A stretch of DNA of 62,251 nt, the filler included, from Candidatus Eiseniibacteriota bacterium (lineage in GTDB: Bacteria > Orphanbacterota > Orphanbacteria > Orphanbacterales > Orphanbacteraceae), in NCBI GenBank assembly GCA_043809585.1. It is 5 parts of 5 records of this genome, joined end to end, with 100 filler letters (N's around TTAATTAATTAA, not from the genome) between each part and the next. Parts side by side here need not be neighbours in the genome. Positions count along the whole stretch, not along the records: positions 1 to 16,382 come from JBDROZ010000057.1; positions 16,483 to 33,712 come from JBDROZ010000060.1; 3 more parts are not named here. One strand, written 5' to 3'. Every line of letters starts with the position of its first letter. The first letter of the stretch is position 1. Of the stretch, positions 9,506 to 16,916 are shown in pieces. Below the pieces are notes generated by a model. It ran no database searches. It had not been told where the DNA came from and was given only the letters and a program-made list of their open reading frames with translations. The translations under genes were made by a program, and so were the position numbers.

Positions 9506-11749
9506 ATGTTCCGAATCCCGTCCCCCCGTCCGATCCTTCTCCCGGTCCTCGGCGCCCTCGTGATCTTTCTCTTCGCCGCCCCCGCGGCCGCGGACGACAC
9601 GCCTTCCGCCGCCCCCACGAGCGTCCGGGGAATGACGAATCCCGCGATTCTCCTGGAGGGAGGATGGGAGGCCGCGCCGGACGGCGCCGTGCGCCGGGCG
9701 ATCACCGCGGAACCGGACCACGCCCCCTCGCTCATCGACCGGACGTGGGACCTGATCGACTCCCGGAGCTTCACGGCCCGCCTCCCCGCCGGCGAGGCGT
9801 TCACGCTCTCCTTCGTCTATCCCGGCGCCGACACCCTCGTGCCGGCGGCGCCCGGCGAGGGGATCACGGCCAAGGCGTGGCAGGCGATCGACTACGCGCC
9901 CGATTGGATGCACGAGGACCTCCGGGATGTCTTCCGCCGGCACGCCGCCGCGGACCAGGACACGCTCGCCGGGTTGATTCTCGCGGCGGTCGACCCGATC
10001 GTGGACGAAGTGGCGTTCACCGTCGCCCATACGGCGCCCGAAGTCCTCTCGTCACCCGGTCTCTACTATCAGATGATCGTGGAGAACGCGGAGGACGTGT
10101 ACGCCTTCGACCCGTTCCTCGACTACGTGGAGATCGTCGACTACGGCTCCGCCGCGGCGGGGGGCGACTACTACTCGACGACGCAGTACTACACGGCGGC
10201 GGACCGGGGGACGACGCTCGTCGAGCTCCCCCGGGAACGATACTACTGGGACATCGTCCACCCGAAGATCACCGACGAATTCCCGACCTACATCGACCCG
10301 GCCGACGGCGACCCTTCGGACCCGCCGGTCGGGCGGTTCTGGCGGGAGTTCCTCCTCACCCACGCCGACTCGGGCTTCACGCCCCTCGCCGACTATCTGG
10401 CCGGGATCGGCGTGCTCTGGGAGGGGAACGTGGACAGCCAGACGAACGGCGCCGTGGGCGAGATCACCCGCTGGATCCTGGACGTGCTCGACTTCGGGTC
10501 CGGCGCGGAGCGGCCGATCCAGCCGGTGCGGATCTACCGGCTCCATCTCGGGCGGTGCGGCGAGCACGCCGACATCACGTGCGGCGCGGCGCGGGCGGCG
10601 CTCATCCCGTGCAACTCGGCGTCGGCGCCCGACGAAGACCACACGTGGAACGAATTCTGGGACCGGCGCTGGGTGGCGTGGGAGCCGGTGAACAATTACG
10701 TCGACTCGGGCTGGCATTACGAGGGATGGGGCAAATCGTTCATGGGGATCTTCGATTGGCGGGGGGATGGGTGGACGTGGACCGTGACGGAGCGGTACAC
10801 GCCGGCCTGCACGCTGACCGTGGAGGCCCTCGACTCGCTCGGCTATCCGGTGGACGGCGCCATCGTCCGGATCGGCATCAGCAACTACGTCCAGTCGTGC
10901 TGGGGGTACACGGGCTACGACGGGCGCGCGACATTCATTCTGGGCGACGTGAACGACATTTTCGGGCGCATCGACTCGCCGGCCGGATCGTGGCCCGCCG
11001 GGGGGATCATGCGGAAGTTCGTCACCGCCGCCGTGGCGGACACCCACTACACGGTGACGAAGAACATCTTCGGCGCCCGGCCCTCGCTCCCCGTATCGCC
11101 GATGAACTGGCCGACGCCCACATGGGACACGTACCGTCTCCACATCACGTGGAATGTGGACGAGGAGATCGGCTACGGGGGGAACCAGTACGCGACGGGA
11201 ACCTTCGCCGATCGGCGGGAGGGGGGAACCATCGAGTTCTTCGTCTGCGACGAGGAGAACTTCGCGATCTACCAGGCGGGGCAGCCGTTCTGGGCGTACG
11301 AGATCACCGAGGAGGCGGCCTCCGGGGACGTGGATTTCGTGTTCCCCACGATCGGTTCATGGCATGCCGTGATCTCGAACGAGGAACACCTGACGGACAA
11401 GATGATCGTTTCGGGAACGGCGGAGCTGTACTACCAGGAGACGACGAACATCGCGGCGGGAGACGCGCCGGCGAGGGTGATGCTCGGCGGGAACCGGCCG
11501 AACCCGTTCAACCCGGCGACGACGATCGACTTCACTCCGGCGAGGAAGGGGAATGTGACGCTCGCAGTGTACGACGTGGCGGGGCGGCTCGTGCGGACGC
11601 TCGTCGAGGGGGTGCGCGAGGCGGGGCCCCAGAGCGTGTCGTGGGACGGGACGGACGGCTCGGGAAGGCCGGCGGCGGGGGGAGTCTACTTCGCGAGGTT
11701 GAACGCGGACGGTGTGACGATGCAGAGAAAGATGGTGCTGGTGAAGTAG
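9506..11749 (+). CDS. Secreted transglutaminase-like (PNGase-type core) protein with C-terminal FlgD-Ig domain
   Basis: Signal peptide; GRCGEH...DHTWNEFW Cys/His motifs; C-terminus NRPNPFNPATTI...YDVAGRLVRTL...WDG...GVYF...KMVLVK. Confidence 0.8.
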   Translation: MFRIPSPRPILLPVLGALVIFLFAAPAAADDTPSAAPTSVRGMTNPAILLEGGWEAAPDGAVRRAITAEPDHAPSLIDRTWDLIDSRSFTARLPAGEAFTLSFVYPGADTLVPAAPGEGITAKAWQAIDYAPDWMHEDLRDVFRRHAAADQDTLAGLILAAVDPIVDEVAFTVAHTAPEVLSSPGLYYQMIVENAEDVYAFDPFLDYVEIVDYGSAAAGGDYYSTTQYYTAADRGTTLVELPRERYYWDIVHPKITDEFPTYIDPADGDPSDPPVGRFWREFLLTHADSGFTPLADYLAGIGVLWEGNVDSQTNGAVGEITRWILDVLDFGSGAERPIQPVRIYRLHLGRCGEHADITCGAARAALIPCNSASAPDEDHTWNEFWDRRWVAWEPVNNYVDSGWHYEGWGKSFMGIFDWRGDGWTWTVTERYTPACTLTVEALDSLGYPVDGAIVRIGISNYVQSCWGYTGYDGRATFILGDVNDIFGRIDSPAGSWPAGGIMRKFVTAAVADTHYTVTKNIFGARPSLPVSPMNWPTPTWDTYRLHITWNVDEEIGYGGNQYATGTFADRREGGTIEFFVCDEENFAIYQAGQPFWAYEITEEAASGDVDFVFPTIGSWHAVISNEEHLTDKMIVSGTAELYYQETTNIAAGDAPARVMLGGNRPNPFNPATTIDFTPARKGNVTLAVYDVAGRLVRTLVEGVREAGPQSVSWDGTDGSGRPAAGGVYFARLNADGVTMQRKMVLVK

Positions 11750-11794
11750 GGCGGACGGCGCCCCGCTGCTTGCATACACGTACGGGCGGGACCT

Positions 11795-12102
11795 GGGGCC
11801 CTCGGGGGCCTTCCCGCAGGACACGGCTCCGATTTTTCGCACGGGCAGGTCCTGTCCGGGGCGTGGGTGGGGGGATGGCGGCTCAGACAAGCCGTCCGCG
11901 CCTACTCGATCATCCGGTGGCCGGCTCGAAGCTCACCGGCGCTCCCGGCAACTCGCCGCTTCATCCCCCCACCCAACACCCCGGCCACCCGCCCGTGGCT
12001 GGGAATGATCAGCAAGGACTGCCGGAGGAGAGGGAACCCCCTCCCCGTTCGTCCTGAGTGCCGCCCGGTTCCCCCGGGCGGTGTATCGAAGGATGAACCG
12101 GG
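11795..12102. repeat. Structured intergenic repeat family C, copy 1
   Basis: Shares GGGGCCCTCGGGGG..CAGGACACGG..ACGGGCAGGTCCTG, CGGCCACCCGCCCGTGGC..TCAGCAAGGACT and CCTCCCCGTTCGTCCTGAGT..GTATCGAAGG with 31191-31502. Confidence 0.75.
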
Positions 12103-12245
12103 AGATGTGCCTTGTCACGCCGTCCGTAGGGGGGGGAAAGGAAGTTTCGTCCGCCTTCCCGGGTCTGTGGGCTCTTCACCAGCCTCACCGCGCTTAGTGG
12201 GAAGTGGGGACGTTCCCCGATGTTCCCCGGCCGGCCACGATTATC

Positions 12246-12495
12246 GGCGGGTGGGGGGGGCGGCTGAGGGAGGGATAGAGGGGCAGACTTGAACGCTCGT
12301 CGCACGGCGGGAGAGAGCCCTCCCTTTCTCCGGGCTCGTAGAGGAGGCGTCGCGAAAGACGGCAACAACTCCCCGGTCATGCCCCCGTCCCTCCCGAAGC
12401 CGGACCACCGTCCCGCCCTCCTCGGACGGATACCGCACGTGAGCACGACCATTCCAGGGTGCAGAGGAGGAGTCTGAGGAAAATGGCCACTTCGG
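12246..12495 (+). repeat. Structured intergenic repeat family B, copy 1
   Basis: About 250 bp closely similar to the reverse complement of 23491-23740; its 3' end recurs inverted at 31114-31160. Confidence 0.85.
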
Positions 12496-12530
12496 GCTCC
12501 AACCCTTATATTCACTCCCGGAGGCATTTC

Positions 12531-13319
12531 ATGATCGGTTGGCTCAAGAAGCGCCGGCGGGAGAAGGTGAAGGCCCGGCCGTTCCCGCCGGGATGGGCAC
12601 GGATCCTCGAGCGGAACGTGCCGTACGTCCGGTGCCTGACCGAGGAGAACCGGGAGGAGCTCCACGGGTTGATCCAGGTCTTCCTGGAGGAGAAGAACTT
12701 CGAGGGGGCGGGGGGTCTCGAAATGACCGACGAGATCCGGGTGACCATCGCCGCCCAGGCGTGCGTCCTTCTCCTCCGACGGCAGACGGACGTCTACCCG
12801 AAACTGAGTTCGATCATCGTCTATCCCTCGGCCTACGTCGGCACCCATCGGCGTGCCCTCCCGGGGGGGGCGGTGGAGGAAGGGGCGCAGGTCCGTCTCG
12901 GCGAGTCGTGGACATCGGGCGCCGTCGTCCTCTCCTGGAACGACGTTCTCCGGGGGGCGTCGGACATCGCCGACGGGCGGAACGTGGCGTTTCATGAGTT
13001 CGCCCATCAGCTGGACGGGGAGACGGGCCCTACCGACGGAGCGCCCCGGCTCGGGAGGGGATCCATGTACGTCGCCTGGGCGCGGGTGCTCGGCAGGGAG
13101 TATGAGCGGCTCGTCGCCCGGCTCCAGCGGCACCAGCCCACCTTCCTCGACCCTTACGCGGCCACGAACCCCGCCGAGTTCTTCGCCGTCGCCACCGAGT
13201 TCTTCTTCGAAAAACCCCTCGGCCTCCGGGACCGCTGCCCGGAGCTGTACGATCAGCTGAAGGAGTTTTACCGCCAAGATCCGGCGGCCGGCATCGTGCG
13301 GGGCGAACGCCCCTGCTGA
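12531..13319 (+). CDS. Zinc-dependent peptidase, M90/MtfA family
   Basis: IAAQAC, GESW..GAVVLSW, HEFAHQLD, YAATNPAEFFAVATEFFFEKP; start MIGWLKK after GGAGG. Confidence 0.92.
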   Translation: MIGWLKKRRREKVKARPFPPGWARILERNVPYVRCLTEENREELHGLIQVFLEEKNFEGAGGLEMTDEIRVTIAAQACVLLLRRQTDVYPKLSSIIVYPSAYVGTHRRALPGGAVEEGAQVRLGESWTSGAVVLSWNDVLRGASDIADGRNVAFHEFAHQLDGETGPTDGAPRLGRGSMYVAWARVLGREYERLVARLQRHQPTFLDPYAATNPAEFFAVATEFFFEKPLGLRDRCPELYDQLKEFYRQDPAAGIVRGERPC

Positions 13320-13689
13320 GAAGCACTTCCCCCGGGCCGCTCTCGATTCCGCTCTTCCCGGGGGCGGTTCCCCCCATCAGTCGACCACCCCACATCCATT
13401 AAGAACTCGCTTGACATCACGAGACTAAATAAGGGACGCTAATTCTCGGTGGTCTGCTCCCGGCGCTGAGATCCGAGGAAGTCGGGCATCCGGAGTGTCT
13501 CCGTCGCCGGTTGAATTCGACCGGCCGGCTCACCACGAACGGCACCCGCATCCTCGATAACTTCGAACAGGTCACCGACGCATCCGAACGGCCTCACCGA
13601 GAGAGAACGGCCCGCGCACGCTCGGCCGGTCCGATCCGGTCCGCCCCATCCCCGGCCCGACCCGCACGACTCCGATCGGGAGGTGTGTC

Positions 13690-14202
13690 ATGTCTTTCAT
13701 CAGCCGCCGGGAGTTCCTGGAGTGGATCGGACAGGCGGGGGTTGCGGCGACACTGCTGCAAGCCATGCCGCCGGGAATCGCTCGGGCTATGGACGAGGCG
13801 ATCAAGGAATACCCTCTTCTCTGGCTCCAGCTATCCAACTGCTCCGGGTGCTCCTCCCACCCGGACTGGTTCATAGGCACCGTCGCCCACGTGCTTCTTC
13901 TCGGCCTCCCGAAGCCGAAGGAGGTGGACGCCCACGGCCGGATGAAGCTCTTCTTCGGGACCACCGTCCACCGGGCGTGCACGAACCGGGACTACATGGA
14001 CGAGGGGATCATGGCCCAGAAGCCGGGAGACATCGGGTGTCTGCTCGAGTTGGGGTGCAAGGGCCCCTTCACGATGGCCGATTGCCCTAGACGATCTTGG
14101 AACTCCGGCGTGAACTGGTGCATCGGGTCCGGCGGACCCTGCATCGGCTGCACGGAACCCGGGTTCCCCGACGAATTCTGTCCCTTCCTCACCCTGACAT
14201 AA
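13690..14202 (+). CDS. [NiFe]-hydrogenase small subunit, Tat-exported, with large in-frame internal deletion (possible pseudogene)
   Basis: SRREFL Tat motif; WLQ..CSGCS joined directly to HPDW; intact C-terminal H..C, GCL..LGCKGP, CP...WN..WC....PCIGC. Only 170 aa. Confidence 0.85.
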   Translation: MSFISRREFLEWIGQAGVAATLLQAMPPGIARAMDEAIKEYPLLWLQLSNCSGCSSHPDWFIGTVAHVLLLGLPKPKEVDAHGRMKLFFGTTVHRACTNRDYMDEGIMAQKPGDIGCLLELGCKGPFTMADCPRRSWNSGVNWCIGSGGPCIGCTEPGFPDEFCPFLTLT

Positions 14203-14214
14203 AGGAGGGAGGCC

Positions 14215-15705
14215 ATGTCCGTACCGGTGACCATCAAGCTGGACCCCATCACACGGATCGAGGGGCACCTCAGCGTCGAGACGACCGTCGACGACGGCGT
14301 GGTCAAGGAGGCCCACGTCTCCGGCACCCTCTACCGCGGCTTCGAAACCATGCTCCAGGGGCACTCGCCCCTCGACGTCATCCAATTCGCGCAGCGCTTC
14401 TGCGGCGTCTGCCCGACGGCCCACGGGATCGCGAGCGCCCAGGCCCTCGACAGCGCGTTCGGCATCGTCCCGACCGAGAACGGCCGGGTGATTCGGAATC
14501 TCGTGGGCGGGGCGAATTGGATCCAGTCGCACCTGCTCCACTTCTACACGCTCTCGGCGCTCGACTATTTCCCGGGCCCCTACTCCCCACCGTTCTCCCC
14601 CCGCTTCGAGGGGGACTACCGCCTGCCCAAGGCGCTGAACGATGACCTGCTCAACCACTACATCACGGCCCTCTCCATGCGCCTCGAGGCCCACGAACTC
14701 TCGGCGGTCTTCTCGGGCAAGATGCCCCACAGCGCGTCGATCGTGCCCGGCGGCGTGACGATTCAGCCGACGGTGGACAAGATCACCACCTTTCTCTGGC
14801 GTCTCCGGGAGCTGCGCGACTTCATCGACAACTACTACCTGCCCGACGTCATTGCCGTCGCCCGCGTCTACCAGGACGGGCTGGAACTGGGCCGGGGGTG
14901 CGACAACCTGCTCACCTACGGGTCGTACGATCTCTCCTCGGAGCCCGACGTCACGAAGCGCAAGAGGCTGCTCCGCATGGGCCGCTACACCGGCGGGCAA
15001 CTCCATGACTTCGACCCGGAGCAGATCGCCGAAGAGGTGCGTCACAGCTGGTACACCGACGCCGGCCCGACCCACCCGGACAAGGGAAGGACCGTCCCGA
15101 TCCCGGGCAAGGACGGCGCCTATAGCTGGGTGAAGGCCCCCCGCTACGGCGGCGAGGTGTACGAGGTGGGTCCCACGGCCCGCGTGATCTGTACGGCGAT
15201 CTCGGGCGAAGCCCCCGCGATGACCGCCGTGGCCAACCAGGTGCTTTCCGAAGTGAACGGCGGTCTCGATTCGCTCCACTCGACCATGGGGCGCCATCTG
15301 GCCCGGGCCATCGAGACCAAGTTCGTGGCCGACGCGATGAGCCAGTGGATGCTCGAGTTCAAGCTCGGCGATCCGGTGTGCGCCGAGTTCCGGGTTCCGG
15401 ATCGCGCGAGCGGGTACGGGCTCTGGTGCGCCCCCCGGGGGGCGCTCGGGCACTGGATCGACATCGAAGAGGGAAAGGTGGCCCGGTACCAGGCGATCGT
15501 TCCCACCACGTGGAACTGCTCGCCCCGGGACGACCAGGACCGGCCCGGGCCCCTCGAGGTGGCGCTCGCGGGGATCCCGGTGCGGGACACGGACAACCCG
15601 ATCGAAATCCTCCGAGTCGTCCACTCCTACGACCCGTGCGTCGCATGCGCCATTCACGTGGTGGACGGGAGAGGAAATTCGAAGGCCCGGATTCGCGCAG
15701 TATAG
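14215..15705 (+). CDS. [NiFe]-hydrogenase large subunit (group 1, group 1a-like)
   Basis: DPITRIEGH, RFCGVCP..H (L1), YSWVKAPRY, APRGALGHW, PTTWN, SYDPCVACAIH (L2) with a cleavable C-terminal extension. Confidence 0.95.
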   Translation: MSVPVTIKLDPITRIEGHLSVETTVDDGVVKEAHVSGTLYRGFETMLQGHSPLDVIQFAQRFCGVCPTAHGIASAQALDSAFGIVPTENGRVIRNLVGGANWIQSHLLHFYTLSALDYFPGPYSPPFSPRFEGDYRLPKALNDDLLNHYITALSMRLEAHELSAVFSGKMPHSASIVPGGVTIQPTVDKITTFLWRLRELRDFIDNYYLPDVIAVARVYQDGLELGRGCDNLLTYGSYDLSSEPDVTKRKRLLRMGRYTGGQLHDFDPEQIAEEVRHSWYTDAGPTHPDKGRTVPIPGKDGAYSWVKAPRYGGEVYEVGPTARVICTAISGEAPAMTAVANQVLSEVNGGLDSLHSTMGRHLARAIETKFVADAMSQWMLEFKLGDPVCAEFRVPDRASGYGLWCAPRGALGHWIDIEEGKVARYQAIVPTTWNCSPRDDQDRPGPLEVALAGIPVRDTDNPIEILRVVHSYDPCVACAIHVVDGRGNSKARIRAV

Positions 15706-15738
15706 GCGGATCGATTCCGCCCCGATGAGAGAGAAAGG

Positions 15739-16210
15739 TCAACCGCCCTGGAGGCGCCGCGCTTCCCGGAGCGCGGCTTCCATGAGGCCGGGGAGCGCGG
15801 CGGCGACCGCCGGGCTGAGTTCATCTCCCGGGGGCTCGAGACGGGCGGGTTCGACGCCCAGCAGAAACCCTCGGATCGGCCGGCCAAGGAGGCGGGCCTC
15901 CCGCAGAAGCTCGCCGATCCCGAGGTCATGGAGGGAGAGGGGCACGGCACCGGTCTCTTCGAGGTCTTCGAGGGCGATGCGGTGGATCGCGCCCGGCTCT
16001 TCGTCCCCCCCGGACCGCGTCCAAAATCACCACCACCTCCCCCTCGTTCAACAGGGCGAGCGCGTCCGGCCCCATCGTCCCGATCTCGAAGACCCGAACG
16101 CCTTCGGGCAGGTCCGGATCCGCGAGCAGGCCCTGAACGGCCCGGACGCCGACTCCGTCATCCGCGGCGAGAGTGTTTCCGGCGCCGAGGATGACGACGG
16201 ATTTCGGCAT
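15739..16210 (-). pseudogene. Hydrogenase maturation protease (HyaD/HybD family), frameshifted in a G7 run
   Basis: N-part LGAGNTLAADDGVG...ILDAV (ORF 15926..16237) and C-part SLHDLG...LLGVEP...ELSPAV (ORF 15739..15945) become one frame if the homopolymer at 16005-16011 is one base shorter. Confidence 0.85.
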
Positions 16211-16382
16211 GGTCTCCTCCTGAAAGAACCTCCTCACCAGTCTAGAACCGGTTTCACAACCTCCATTCTACTGCGATCGGCTGCAAGGCCCGGCGGCTGC
16301 GTACTCGGGTAAAAACGTCCTCAATGGCCTTCTTAGGCCACCTCCGGGCGTTTTCCCCCTTGATCCTTGCCGCCGGACCTTT

Positions 16383-16482
16383 NNNNNNNNNNNNNNNNNN
16401 NNNNNNNNNNNNNNNNNNNNNNNNNNTTAATTAATTAANNNNNNNNNNNNNNNNNNNNNNNNNNNNNNNNNNNNNNNNNNNN
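16383..16482. other. Artificial contig linker
   Basis: N44-TTAATTAATTAA-N44, with stops in all six frames. Confidence 0.97.
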
Positions 16483-16752
16483 CTTTCCTTCGCCGCCTCC
16501 TCGATGGGGCCCGTCGGGCGCTTGGACTTATCGCGACGGCTAGGAGCGATAAGTGGTAGCGCCCGGGGGGAGGCTCTCATGACTACACCTCCGGTGGCGG
16601 AAGTCCGACCGCGCCGGGGTACCTGCCGGAACGAAGCGACGGCGGGTCGGCGCCGGGAGTACCCGGAGCGCGGCAGCGCGAAGGGTGAAAGTCAGCTTCT
16701 CGGCAGGCGATCCGAGCCCTCGCGACGGAGATTCATGCATAATCCAGGCTAG
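16483..16752. mobile_element. Family A repeat, expanded variant with two inserted hairpins (left end lost in gap)
   Basis: Colinear family A blocks (CGCCGCCTCCTCGA; CATGACTAC.CCTCCGGTGGCGG; CAGGCGATCCGAGCCCTCG; TGCATAATCCAGGCTAG) separated by two insertions. Confidence 0.8.
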
Positions 16753-16916
16753 CCTGGGCTACCTTTAGAAAACGAAGAAACCAATCCAGTATGGCCCCGT
16801 AATAGAACTGTCTGGTCGGCTTCGAGTCCGAGTCTTCTTGGCCGGACCGGCCGGTTCCGTTACAATGCTCGAGTCACCGAAAACCGCCTGTCCCGCGCGA
16901 AGGAGGATCGCCTGCC

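Noticed and set aside
12289..12477. Repeated small ORF MNARRTAGE... (also 23339..23695)
   Set aside because: Translation of repeat family B from a TTG start. The stop is not conserved between copies, and the changes fit RNA pairing better than coding.
13411..13689. Riboswitch or leader peptide upstream of the hydrogenase
   Set aside because: TTGACA is present but with no good -10 at proper spacing, and no recognisable aptamer or credible ORF.
15625..15660. [NiFeSe] hydrogenase
   Set aside because: The L2 motif is encoded with TGC (DPCVAC); there is no in-frame TGA.
16427..16438. Recurrent TTAATTAATTAA palindrome (four times)
   Set aside because: Always centred in 100-nt N blocks; an assembly linker, not biology.
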